Assembly: GCA_950097015.1 (NCBI GenBank)
Contig: CATNEN010000041.1
Location: 2,852,001-2,916,000, forward strand
Origin: Macrostomum hystrix
Taxonomy: Eukaryota > Animalia > Platyhelminthes
DNA: 64,000 bases
Direction: 5' to 3'
A program made the translations under genes and the position numbers. The stretch's first letter is position 1; each line of letters opens with the position of its first letter. The notes under the pieces were generated by a model. The model saw only the letters and a list, made by a program, of their open reading frames with translations, had not been told where the DNA came from and did not search any database. Positions 1 through 13,290 of the stretch are shown here, piece after piece.

Positions 1-3000
1 TGATCATAGCCAGCGTGCTGATGACTCTGCTGCTGAAGGCCGGGCAACTCGTGGTGTACTCTAACCCGCTGCTGCTGTTCCTGTTCATTATTTCATTCGT
101 TGTTTGCACAATCTGCGAGGCTTTTTTCATATCGATTTTCTTCTCGAACTCGAGCGTGGCAGCGGCCTTCGCCGGTGTGATCTACTTCCTAGGCTATGTG
201 CCGTACAGCGTTGTCGACAGCTTCGCCGACAGCATGACGCGCCCGCAGTACCTGCTGAGCTGTCTCGTTCCGCAACTGGCGTTTGGAATCGGCTGCAAGT
301 TCGTCGGCAGCTGGGAGCTGGCGTCGGTCGGGCTGCAGAACAGCAACTTTTACGAATCCCCGCTCAGTACCAGCGAGTTCACCTTCAACGAGGTGAGCTT
401 GGCTTGCCACTCATTCTCTTCTGCAATGACATTTGTTAAAAAAAATTGGCTCTCTCCCACAGGTGATAATAATGATGTGGATCGACTCTGGCATCCTAAT
501 GCTGCTCACCTGGTACCTGGAGAAAGTCTTCCCTGGCGCCTACGGAGTACCAAAGCCGTGGTACTTTCCGTTCTCGCCTTCCTTCTGGTGCCCCAAATCC
601 AAGAAGGCCCTGACGGCTGACGTTGAAGCAGGAGCTGTCGGCTCGAACAACGGCGGTATAACAAACTTGGGCGCCTCTGCCACCTCCGTGGCGTCCACTC
701 CCACCTCCGACTCGTCCAGCTCCTCGCAGGAGAAGCCGGCCTCGGAAGGTGCGACGGCGGGCGTTGAGTTGAACGGTCACAACCCGGCGCACTTTGAGGC
801 CGAGCCGACTCACCTGGAGGTCGGCATCAGCATCAGGAACCTCACAAAGGTCTACGAGCCCGGCCTGTTCGCCTGTAAGAAGAATGCCAAGCCATTCACT
901 GCCGTAGACAATCTGAGCTTCAACTTTTTTGAAGGCCAGGTCACCTCATTCCTGGGTCACAATGGAGCCGGTGAGTCGCGAAATATTTCCCAAGTCTCCC
1001 ATTAGCCCAAATTCCAGTGCTTCTTCAACACTTTTAAACCTTGTCACACAGGCAAGAGCACAACAATGTCCGTTCTAACGGGTCTCTACACGCCAACGTC
1101 TGGCACCGCCTACATCGCTGGACACGACATCCGCACCGAAATGGACGCGATCCGCAAGCACCTCGGCCTGTGTCCCCAGCACAATGTGCTGTTCGACTCT
1201 CTCACGGTGGAAGACCACATCTACTTCTACGGCATGCTGAAGGGGCTCAGCAAGGCGGAGGTGACACCGCAGATTGACTCCTTCATTGCGGATGTTGGCT
1301 TGCAGAAGAAGAAGTACGAGATCAGCAAGAATCTGTCAGGTGGAATGAAGCGGAAGCTGTCGGTAGCCATGGCCTTTGTCGGTGGTTCAAAGGTGGTTGT
1401 GCTGGACGAGCCCACTGCAGGTGAGCTAGCTGCACCTTAAACTCGTGCATAATATCATCATCATTATGATAACTGCTAATAATTCCGCACTCTAAATTAA
1501 GAGTAAACAATGAGTTCATACATTTCTAAAAAAGCTCGTATGAGGTGAACTTGAAAGAATTATCCCTGCACCTTTCAGGTGTGGACCCGCACGCTCGTCG
1601 CGCGATTTGGGACGTGCTGTCGAAATTCCGGCAAGGCCGCACCATCATCCTGACCACCCACCACATGGATGAGGCTGACATTCTCGGCGACCGAATCTGC
1701 ATTATCAACAAGGGCCGCTTGGTGTGCTCAGGATCGCCGATGTTTCTCAAGAAGGTCTTCGGCGAGGGCTACACTCTCACGATGGTGAAGTCGTCAGCGG
1801 ATTGTAACGCCGAAAAAGTGCTGAGCTTTATTCGATCTGTGGTACCGGATGCGAGTCTAGGAGAGTGCACCTCGAGTGAGATCAACGTGAAGCTTCCGTA
1901 CAGCTCAGTGCCAAATCTCGCTTCTCTGTTTGCCAATCTCGACGAAGAAATGACGGGACTGAAAATTGCAACCTATGGCATTGAGGACAGTTCGCTAGAG
2001 GAGATATTTTTGGCTGTCACAGGGTGCAGTCTTGAGAACAGCGAGGAGCTGCTGGACGATCCCTCCGTTGTTGGATTTCGGCCTAACATGCGCGACAGTG
2101 TCCGACGTCGCCAGCTGCAGCGAGCGATGCTTGTACAGAACCCCTTGGACAGTGGCATAGATGTCGCAGCCAGCAGAGAAACTTCCAGCGAGCTGCACAT
2201 CAACTCCAGCACCGAGTGCATCTACCCGTATGATCAGGCTGATGAGGTCGTCGCTTCCGTGGCTTCAGCAGTTCCTTCGCTTCCCAAAAACCAGCTTAGA
2301 CGGACGCAACAGCCGCTGTGGCAGCAGGTCAAGGCGCTCTGGCTCAAGCGCTTTCACGTTCTGCGGCGCTCAAAGATTGGATTTCTTGCCGAGTTCGTGC
2401 TGCCGGCCTTCTTCATTCTTTTGTCCCTCGCCCTGCTGCAGATTGTGCCCAAAAACGGTGACAGTCCGGCGATGGAGCTTGCACCGTGGTACATGCTTGG
2501 CAAGCCGGAGCGTTCTCTTCTCCAGGACCTGTCAGTTTTCCACAGCCGCAGTCTGAAGGCGTTCCCTGACAATGCAAGCCTGACCGAAATGTCCAATCGC
2601 CTGATGCGGCACATGCAAAGCACTGACTTCCTCGGCACTCGCTGCATGAACAAAGATGTGTTCGTCAACCCAGACTTCCCCTGCAAGAGACAGCGTCAAG
2701 GATCCGTGTGGTCGAAGGCACCCAGCAACCTGCCCACCAACACGTCGTGGTGCCAGTGCTCGTACAAAGACTACCCGAAGAGCGTCAAGTGCGTTGACTG
2801 GCCAACACCAGCTCGAAAGCCGCTGATGAGCGCAGACATTCTGGAGAGCATGCAGGGTTACAACCTGACAAACTACATCCAGTCAACTGTGATGCAGTAC
2901 TATCGAAGGAGGTTCGGAGGCTACACTTTCTTCGTGAACGACACTCAGCCGGTGAGTCCGGATGCTGCTAGCGCCAACTCAGAAGCTCAGAAGCTGCTCA

Positions 3001-6000
3001 GAGGTTTGGCAAACATGACGGGAAACGCAACTGACGAGTAAGTACACTTGTTGAGAGCTGCATGATACAGCTTCTTTTCAAACTTCGCAGCAGAGCTTTT
3101 AAAAGCCATGTATTTTATAGCTATTGTTTGCCCATTCGATAATACTCATGAAATACTCGACCATTTGCAGTTTTATTGAACGGATAGTGACTTACCTGGA
3201 GAGTGTTCGCGTTCCTGAGAACCTTTCATCCATTGTAAATCAAGTCTGGTTTGACAACCGCGGCTACGTGTCAGGCCCAGCCTACCTTAATACCCTGAGC
3301 AATGCGATCATGAGAGCCCTGGCCAACAACAGTGTCGGCTCACCTGATGAGATTGGCGTTTCAGGCTGGACTCATCCGATCACGTCTCGAAGCACCTATG
3401 TCATGAACGTGCTTACTGCTAACACTCTTGTGTCTGCAATGACCGTGGTGTCTATCATCTTTGCGCTGTCCTTCATTCCCGCCAGCTTCGTGCTCTTCCT
3501 CATCTCGGAACGCACCACCAACGCCAAGCAGCTGCAGTTCGTGTCGGGCATCAACCCCCTGCTCTACTGGGTAGTAAACCACACCTGGAATCTGCTGAAC
3601 TACATGGTACCGCTGGCCATTGTGATCTTGTTGTTCGTGGCGTTCAGGAACTACGAGTTCGTCGGTTCTGAGACCATCGGGCCCTTCTTGCTGACCATGA
3701 TTCTGTTCGGGTTCGCCAGCGCGCCACTCATGTACCCGTTCAGTTGGGTGATGTCCGTGCCCAGCAAGGCTTTCACAATGCTATCCTGTCTCAATCTAGG
3801 CATCGGATTCACCACCACAATGTCTGTGACGATCGTGCGAATGATAGGCGAGAATAACAAAGACCAGAGCATGATCAACACTGCCGACACGCTGAAGACT
3901 GTTTTCCTGTTGCTGCCTCACTTCTGTCTGGGCCAGTCCCTCATGGAGTTGAACATCTATTATCAGGTGATGCTTGATTTCTTCTTCAATTTTAGGACTG
4001 TTTGTGGTTTCGTTGTCTTAGAAATTTCTCGATTAGAAGGTTTTAGGTTTCGCATAAGCAAGAGAAAGTTCCTTTTATGGTGTCACTTTTACAATTCCAG
4101 ATCTCCGTTCGTCTCGCTCAGCTAATGAAGGAGACCGGCGCTAGCGCCTCCGACCTTAGCAGATACGTTAGCGGCTTCGATGCTTATGACAGCCCGTGGG
4201 ACGCCACAGGTCGATACCTTGGCTGCCTTGTTGTGCACAGCATCGTGTACTTTGCGCTGGTGCTGCTACTGGAGTACAACTGCTGCTGCAAACAGGGCCT
4301 CGTGTCGTCTCGCTTCTTTCGCATGTTTTATCGCACAGAGTACGAGCGGTCGCTGCAGCTGCCGGACGTCGCTGAGGTCGACGATGACGTGCGCGCCGAG
4401 GCTGCGAAGCTTGACGACATCACAGAAAACAGCGGCAGCTACCTGCTGGAGCTGCGTCGGCTGATCAAGATTTTCAACACCAGCTCCGGACCAAGGGCCG
4501 CCGTCAAGGGCATCAGCTTGGGAGTGAAGTCACACGAGTGCTTCGGCTTCTTGGGCGTCAACGGCGCTGGCAAGACGACTACGTTCAAGATGCTGACTGG
4601 TGAGTGTCTGATCGTTAGGTCAGGTCCACCAGAGTTGTATTCTCACTCATTTTCACATCTGTGTCGCTGACCTCAGGTGACCTCACGCCGACAAGCGGAG
4701 ATGCTCGAGTCGGCGGCTTCTCAATTCTGACGGAGGCTCTCGAGGTGCACAAGCAGTTGGGATATTGTCCCCAGTTCGATGCGCTGCTGCCACTGCTGAC
4801 TGGCAGGGAGACGCTGCAGCTGTACGCTAGAATTCGGGGCGTCGAGGAGCAGGACATTGACGAGCTGGTTGAGACCATCTCTAAAAGGTGAGGCGCTTTT
4901 TTAGCCAATTTTCTGTTCTCAAGCAACACGTCATGTCAAGCTATCTCTCAACATGTCCCCTATTTCAATGCTCACGTGCATATCATTACAACGCACTAGG
5001 GTGGGCATCGAGGCTCACCTGGACAAGATCACGGAGGCATACAGCGGAGGCAACAAGCGCAAGCTCTCGTGCGGAATCGCTTTCATCGGCAATCCGCCAA
5101 TTGTGTTCCTGGACGAGCCAACCGCCGGCATGGACCCCGGAGCTCGCAGGTTCCTGTGGCGCTGCATCCAACGCATGGTCGCCTCTGGCTCGTGTGTCAT
5201 TCTCACAACTCACAGCATGGAGGACTGCCAGGCATTGTGCCACAGACTCACCATCATGGTGAGACCTCAGCTTGCCGCTTTGCGCTGTTTGCTGATTTGC
5301 TGAGCTTCTGTCTTGCTTATAGTCATAGATAAGTCTTTGTGCAAACATTTCAGCAGCATTGCTTACAAGACTGAATGATATGAAACAAATTTAGTTCAGC
5401 TATTCTGCTGTATTTTGGCAGCCTGCTAGTCTGCTTTCGTGATGGCCATTTGAAGTTCTAATGTACGCTGAACTAGCATCCTTATTTCTCATATTCGGGT
5501 CAACATAATTCTTACAGCCTTTCACATTCGCGCAGCTTGAGGCCGATCTGGTTTCTGTCCTCTTCTCCTCATTCTGATAATTCTCTGAAGCCTGTCAGCA
5601 AGACTTTTGCTGCGTGTCTTGTTTTCGATAAGCAATGTCAAGTGCTTCTCTGCAGTTTTTGGTACAATATGCAATTGGCATCAAGTCTGGGTTTTCCAGC
5701 TGCATATTGACGATGAAAACGCTTCCACTCGCGTTGGAAACAGGATAGAATAGGTGTTATTTATACCTGGCCCAGCACACACACAGAGATAAGGAGGAGG
5801 GGTTTAGGCCAGCCGCCTACCCCAGCCAAGCACACACACAGAGATGAGGAGGAGGGGTTTAGGCCAGCCGCCTACCCCAGCCAAGCACACACACAGAGAT
5901 GAGGAGGAGGGGTTTAGGCCAGCCGCCTACACCAGCCAAGCACACACACAGAGATGAGGAGGAGGGGTTTAGGCCAGCCGCCTACCCCAGCCAAGCACAC

Positions 6001-9000
6001 ACACAGAGATGAGGAGGAGGGGTTTAGGCCAGCCGCCTACCCCAGCCAAGCACACACACAGAGATGAGGAGGAGGGGTTTAGGCCAGCCGCCTACCCCAG
6101 CCAAGCACACACACAGAGATGAGGAGGAGGGGTTTAGGCCAGCCGCCTACACCAGCCAAGCACACACACAGAGATGAGGAGGAGGGGTTTAGTCCAGCCG
6201 CCTGCCCCAGCCAAGCACACACAGAGATGAGGAGGAGGGGTTTAGGCCAGCAGCCTGCCCCAGCCAAGCACACACAGAGATGAGGAGGAGGGGTTCAGGC
6301 CAGCCGCCCACCCCAGCCAAGCACACACACAGAGATGAGGAGGAGGGGTTTAGGCCAGCCGCCCACCCCAGCCAACCCCACACACAGAGATGAGGATGAG
6401 AGGGGCCGCGCCTCCCTGGCCAAAGGGGCTCTATCCCACTCCAAACCCAAACAACCCGACACAAAGATAGTGACAGGCCTCCGGGTCAAGACAAAGACGA
6501 ACAAAACAAAAACATGAGGAACCCATGCCAAGCAAGTGCAGCCGCACTGTTTGGCCTCTGGCCCAGCTCGAACATTTAAATGTTTCCTTTTGAAAGTCTA
6601 GTTCTCAATTTTTACTGTACAATCGTATAGTACGTAACTACGTGGCCATAGAATGCCGTACATGGAAAGTAGACAAATTATTTTGAAAGGAGAAGATTCG
6701 CCATCAACATGTCAATATTTCATAAAGCCGAAAATTCTTTGCATTGTGTCTCTGTTTGCTTCTGCTTAAGTGTCAGCAATGCCCTTTGTTTACAGAAAGA
6801 TGCATAAAACCTATCGATTTTGCGACCCCTAATTGAAACTCACTCGATTTCTTAGGTGAACGGCAGACTGCAGTGCATCGGCAGTCCTCAGCACCTCAAG
6901 AGCAAGTTCGGCCAAGGATTCACCATCTTCATGCGCGTTTGCCAGCCGCAGTCCGCAGCCTCCGCCAGTGCCGGAGCGACTGACACCGACGGCCAGCTGG
7001 AGAAAGCACACAACGCCTTCATGTCAGCCTTTCCTGATGCAGTGCTGATCGAGAACCACGCAGCTGTGCTGCAGTATCAGCTGAAGCAGACTGTGCAGCT
7101 CAGGACCATCTTTGAGAGCGTCCAGAAGCTCAAGGACAGCGGCCTGGTGCTCGACTACAGCGTCAACCAGACAACACTGGATCAGGTAATTGTCTGGTCT
7201 ATAAAATATATAGTCTCTAACCTCTAACTGGCCTCTAACAGGTCCCTAACTGGCCTCTAACAGGTCCCTAACTGGCCTCTAACAGGTCCCTAACTGGCCT
7301 CTAACAGGTCCCTAACTGGCCTCTAACAGGTCCCTAACTAGTCTCTAACAGGTCCCTAACTGGCCTCTAACAGGTCCCTAACATGGCTCTAACAGGTCCC
7401 TAACTAGTCTCTAACAGGTCCCTAACTGGCCTCTAACAGGTCCCTAACTGGCCTCTAACAGGTCCCTAACTGGCCTCTAACAGGTCCCTAACTGGCCTCT
7501 AACAGGTCCCTAACTGGCCTCTAACAGGTCCCTAACTGGCCTCTAACAGGTCCCTAACATGGCTCTAACAGGTCCCTAACTGGCCTCTAACAGGTCCCTA
7601 ACTGGCCTCTAACAGGTCCCTAACTGGCCTCTAACAGGTCCCTAACTGGCCTCTAACAGGTCCCTAACATGGCTCTAACAGGTCCCTAACATAGCTCTAA
7701 CAGGTCCCTAACTAGTCTCTAACAGGTCCCTAACTAGTCTCTAACAGGTCCCTAACTAGTCTCTAACAGGTCCCTAACTAGCCTCTAACGGGTCCCTAAC
7801 TAGCCTCTAACAGGTCCCTAACTAGTCTCTAACAGTTCCCTAACTAGTCTCTAACAGGTCCCTAACTAGCCTCTAACGGGTCCCTAACTGGCCTCTAACA
7901 GGTCCCTAACTAGCCTCTAACGGGTCCCTAACTAGTCTCTAACAGGTCCCTAACTAGTCTCTAACAGGTCCTTAACTAGCCTCTAACAGGTCCCTAACTA
8001 GTCTCTAACAGGTCCCTAACTAGTCTCTAACAGTTCCCTAACTAGTCTCTTACTGGTCCCTAACTAGCCTCTAACGGGTCCCTAACTGGCCTCTAACAGG
8101 TCCCTAACTAGCCTCTAACGGGTCCCTAACTAGCCTCTAACAGGTCCCTAACTAGTCTCTAACAGGTCCCTAACTAGTCTCTAACAGGTCCCTAACATAG
8201 CTCTAACAGGTCCCTAACTAGTCTCTAACAGGTCCCTAACATGGCTCTAAAAGGTCCCTAACTAGCCTCTAACAGGTCCCTAACTAGTCTCTAACAGTTC
8301 CCTAACATAGCTCTAACAGGTCCCTAACTAGTCTCTAACAGGTCCCTAACATGGCTCTAAAAGGTCCCTAACTAGCCTCTAACAGGTCCCTAACTAGTCT
8401 CTAACAGGTCCCTAACATGGCTCTAACAGGTCCCTAACTAGTCTCTAACAGGTCCCTAACTAGCCTCTAACAGGCGCATCTCTTCTCCTTGCCAGGTGTT
8501 CATCAACTTCGCCAAGAACCAGACGGAGACCTCGGAGGAGGCGGGCCGCCAAAGCCGCGGCCTGCTGAAACGGCTGAAGAGTGAGTGGCCTGACTGGATT
8601 AATCTATTATTAATTTTAGTTTCGTTAACGGGAACTAGCTCGAAACTAATCGTAGTTTTCAGTCGTAAATTGCTGCGATTTTTTTAATTCTGCATGCCTG
8701 TCTCTGCAGCAGCCAGTTGTCTGTATTTAGCATATGTGACAGCTTATTATAACGTGTTTGAGTTCTAATGCCACCCAGCCACATTTCCATGCGCAGAGCG
8801 CTTGTTCTCCAGCAAGGTCAGCAGCGACTCCGCAGCCTCCGATATTGATGTTGGTGGTGATGAGGCTGACACCGAGTGGTCACGTGAGCCAAAGGAAGCC
8901 CTTGAAGCACCGGTGCTCACTCAATAACAGTCAGATCTCGTTGAATCCAATAAAAGGCATTGATGTCGGAGCACCCGGCCTGGCCTTTAAGCTTAGCGTA

Positions 9001-11873
9001 CCTGATTGCTCAAGCGGCTGATCTCACTAGCCTGGTTTCCACGCTCCACGGCCAGGCTAGTGAAATCCTAAATATGCTGTAGAAGTGTTCATAAGACTGC
9101 TTACGCAGCCAAATTCCTAGTCTTTTGGGATTTCACTGTGTAGTGGCAACTGGTAACTGGGAGGCAACTGCGTGTAGATGTACCTGATTCATGCTTCAGC
9201 TCAATATTCCGATTGGCGTTAAAAAATCCTTATTGATTCGCTTGCGTATGTGATTGCTGCCTGTTGGTTCAGACCCTAACCTTCAATGCCAAACCAGTCT
9301 GCGGGCTCACAGCTCTGCAGCCGGTTGGAACCCGCACGGCCTCCCCTGACCGAGTGCGCCCCGCCCTCCCCATTGCAGAGCTCGGCCGAAAGAAGCCACC
9401 AGCCAGCCGCTACCAGACCTTCAGCCCTGCCGCCACTCGGACCGGTGACGAAAGCTCCGGCCAGGGAGCCGACGGCAGCGCTGTGACTCAAGACAGCGAC
9501 GGTTAGTTGTCTGTTCTACTCACCTCAGCCCCACTCCCTCAGCCCCACTCCCTCAGCCCCACTCCCTCAGCCCCACTCCCTCAGCGCCACTCCCTCAGCG
9601 GCACCCCCTCAGCGCCACTCCCTCAGCCCCACTCCCTCAGCCCCACTCCCTCAGCGGCACCCCCTCAGCGCCACTCCCTCAGCCCCACTCCCTCAGCGCC
9701 ACTCCCTCAGCCCCACTCCCTCAGCCCCACTCCCTCAGCCCCACTCCCTCAGCGCCACTCCCTCAGCCCCACTCCCTCAGCCCCACTCCCTCAGCGCCAC
9801 TCCCTCAGCGGCACCCCCTCAGCGCCACTCCCTCAGCCCCACTCCCTCAGCCCCACTCCCTCAGCCCCACTCCCTCAGCCCCACTCCCTCAGCCCCACTC
9901 CCTCAGCCCCACTCCCTCAGCCCCACTCCCTCAGCCCCACTCCCTCAGCCCCACTCCCTCAGCCCCACTCCCTCAGCCCCACTTCCTCAGCCCCACTCCC
10001 TCAGCCCCACTCCCTCAGCCCCACTCCCTCAGCCCCACTCCCTCAGCGCCACTCCCTCAGCCCCACTCCCTCAGCCCCACTCCCTCAGCCCCACTCCCTC
10101 AGCCCCACTCCCTCAGCGCCACTCCCTCAGCCCCACTCCCTCAGCGCCACTCCCTCAGCCCCACTCCCTCAGCCCCACTCCCTCAGCGCCACTCCCTCAG
10201 CGGCACCCCCTCAGCGCCACTCCCTCAGCCCCACTCCCTCAGCCCCACTCCCTCAGCCCCACTCCCTCAGCCCCACTCCCTCAGCCCCACTCCCTCAGCC
10301 CCACTCCCTCAGCCCCACTCCCTCAGCCCCACTCCCTCAGCCCCACTCCCTCAGCCCCACTCCCTCAGCCCCACTCCCTCAGCCCCACTCCCTCAGCCCC
10401 ACTTCCTCAGCCCCACTCCCTCAGCCCCACTCCCTCAGCCCCACTCCCTCAGCCCCACTCCCTCAGCCCCACTCCCTCAGCGCCACTCCCTCAGCGGCAC
10501 CCCCTCAGCGCCACTCCCTCAGCCCCACTCCCTCAGCCCCACTCCCTCAGCGGCACCCCCTCAGCGCCACTCCCTCAGCCCCACTCCCTCAGCCCCACTC
10601 CCTCAGCCCCACTCCCTCAGCCCCACTCCCTCAGCCCCACTCCCTCAGCCCCACTCCCTCAGCCCCACTCCCTCAGCGCCACTCCCTCAGCGGCACCCCC
10701 TCAGCGCCACTCCCTCAGCCCCACTCCCTCAGCCCCACTCCCTCAGCGGCACCCCCTCAGCGCCACTCCCTCAGCCCCACTCCCTCAGCCCCACTCCCTC
10801 AGCGCCACTCCCTCAGCGGCACCCCCTCAGCGCCACTCCCTCAGCCCCACTCCCTCAGCCCCACTCCCTCAGCGGCACCCCCTCAGCGCCACTCCCTCAG
10901 CCCCACTCCCTCAGCGCCACTCCCTCAGCGGCACCCCCTCAGCGCCACTCCCTCAGCCCCACTCCCTCAGCCCCACTCCCTCAGCCCCACTCCCTCAGCC
11001 CCACTCCCTCAGCCCCACTCCCTCAGCGCCACTCCCTCAGCCCCACTTCCTCAGCCCCACTCCCTCAGCCCCACTTCCTCAGCCCCACTCCCTCAGCCCC
11101 ACTCCCTCAGCCCCACTCCCTCAGCCCCACTCCCTCAGCGCCACTCCCTCAGCCCCACTTCCTCAGCCCCACTTCCTCAGCCCCACTCCCTCAGCCCCAC
11201 TCCCTCAGCGCCACTCCCTCAGCCCCACTCCCTCAGCGCCACTCCCTCAGCCCCACTTCCTCAGCCCCACTCCCTCAGCCCCACTTCCTCAGCCCCACTC
11301 CCTCAGCCCCACTCCCTCAGCCCCACTCCCTCAGCCCCACTCCCTCAGCGCCACTCCCTCAGCCCCACTTCCTCAGCCCCACTTCCTCAGCCCCACTCCC
11401 TCAGCCCCACTCCCTCAGCGCCACTCCCTCAGCCCCACTTCCTCAGCCCCACTCCCTCAGCCCCACTTCCTCAGCCCCACTCCCTCAGCCCCACTCCCTC
11501 AGCCCCACTCCCTCAGCCCCACTCCCTCAGCCCCACTTCCTCAGCCCCACTCCCTCAGCCCCACTTCCTCAGCCCCACTCCCTCAGCCCCACTCCCTCAG
11601 CCCCACTCCCTCAGCCCCACTCCCTCAGCCCCACTCCCTCAGCCCCACTCCCTCAGCCCCACTCCCTCAGCCCCACTCCCTCAGCCCCACTCCCTCAGCC
11701 CCACTTCCTCAGCCCCACTCCCTCAGCCCCACTCCCTCAGCTGCAACTGCTCCGCCCCCCCACCTGCCGCAGGCGGTCGAGGCAACGCCGTATTCCGGTC
11801 CGAGGAGCCGGTCGGGCCCGTGGCGCAGCCAGTCGGGCAATGGGTGAGCTTCGCCAACGACTCGATCGCCTGA
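1..11873 (+). CDS. ABCA-subfamily ABC transporter, 5'-truncated. Exons <1-392, 463-970, 1052-1420, 1579-3037, 3171-3966, 4101-4599, 4677-4887, 5000-5258, 6856-7185, 8496-8580, 9379-9501, 11773-11873
   Basis: NBD1: [29 protein letters not shown]2: [26 protein letters not shown]. Two TMDs, the ABCA-type VFINFA motif, and GT-AG junctions with matching phases. The exact ABCA paralogue cannot be assigned by eye. Confidence 0.95.
5771..6398. repeat. 55-bp minisatellite (about 11 copies), ABCA intron
   Basis: Unit CCCAGCCAAGCACACACACAGAGATGAGGAGGAGGGGTTTAGGCCAGCCGCCTAC. Confidence 0.95.
7222..8473. repeat. 22-bp minisatellite (about 57 copies), ABCA intron
   Basis: Unit CTGGCCTCTAACAGGTCCCTAA with CTAGTC/CATGG variants. 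Confidence 0.97.
9522..11740. repeat. 14-bp minisatellite (about 158 copies), last ABCA intron
   Basis: Unit CTCCCTCAGCCCCA; source of the 788-aa ORF. Confidence 0.97.
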
Positions 11874-12481
11874 CCTTCGCTGCTGACTGACTCGCGCTAA
11901 GTTTATTTACACAGAATGTAAACCGACTCTGCCTTCTAAGAAAACAGCCTTTCTATTGTTCTATTGAGAGCCTTGCACAATGAGGCCTGGGAGCTCGCGC
12001 TGTCCCCCAGACCTCATTGCAACAGAATGTAGATTGATATTTTTGAGATTTTTTGTTACGGTGACAAATCCTTCTTATCATTCTGTCTTTTAGAAGTGTT
12101 TTACTTGGACAATTTTTTTTTATTTTTTTCGCTTGTCTGACACATTACACTTACTCTCGTATTCCGAAACATGCATATTGTCCTGCTTTTGAGCTCAAGG
12201 TATTGGAACTCAAAGCTGAGTCTGAGTTGCACAACAATTCTCGAACACTATTCCTATTATTAAATGGTTATCTCACCTCTAAGCTCCAGACATTGTGCCT
12301 TACATGTGCGCTCGAGAGATCAGCGAATGGCTTCTCTGTGATACTTGTTGTGTTCCTGTGCACCTTCTGTTGCTTCAGACAATACAAACTCAGCCTCTAC
12401 AGATTTCTTTCGATTGCACAAATCTACCATGCCACTTTGGCCGAAGCTTCGATTGATCTTTTTGTGGTTGCTCGACTACTC

Positions 12482-13290
12482 ACACTGAGTCTCTGCTCAA
12501 CACTGAGTCTCTGCCCAGCCCTGAGTCTCTGCCCAACCTTGAGTCTCTGCCCAGCCCTGAGTCTCTGCCCAGCCCTGAGTCTCTGCCCAACCTTGAGTCT
12601 CTGCCCAGCCCTGAGTCTCTACCCAACCCTGAGTCTCTACCCAACCCTGAGTCTCTACCCAACCCTGAGTCTCTGCCCAGCCCTGAGTCTCTGCCCAACC
12701 TTGAGTCTCTGCCCAGCCCTGAGTCTCTACCCAACCCTGAGTCTCTACCCAACCCTGAGTCTCTGCTCAACACTGAGTCTCTGCCCAGCCCTGAGTCTCT
12801 GCCCAACCTTGAGTCTCTGCCCAGCCCTGAGTCTCTACCCAACCCTGAGTCTCTACCCAACCCTGATTCTCTACCCAACCCTGAGTCTCTGCTCAACACT
12901 GAGTCTCTGCCCAGCCCTGAGTCTCTGCCCAACCTTGAGTCTCTGCCCAGCCCTGAGTCTCTACCCAACCCTGAGTCTCTGCTCAACACTGAGTCTCTGC
13001 CCAGCCCTGAGTCTCTGCCCAACCTTGAGTCTCTGCCCAGCCCTGAGTCTCTACCCAACCCTGAGTCTCTACCCAACCCTGATTCTCTACCCAACCCTGA
13101 GTCTCTACCCAACCCTGAGTCTCTACCCAACCCTGAGTCTCTACCCAACCCTGAGTCTCTACCCAACCCTGAGTCTCTACCCAACCCTGAGTCTCTACCC
13201 AACCCTGAGTCTCTACCCAACCCTGATTCTCTACCCAACCCTGAGTCTCTGCCCAACCCTGAGTCTCTACCCAACCCTGATTCTCTACCC
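12482..13290. repeat. 18-bp minisatellite (about 45 copies), intergenic
   Basis: Unit CCCTGAGTCTCT(A/G)CCCA(A/G). Confidence 0.95.

Noticed and set aside
9507-11873. 788-aa Pro/Ser/His-rich ORF as an independent gene
   Set aside because: It is the stop-free frame of a 14-bp intronic array between two phase-matched ABCA exons; only its last 33 codons are a real exon.
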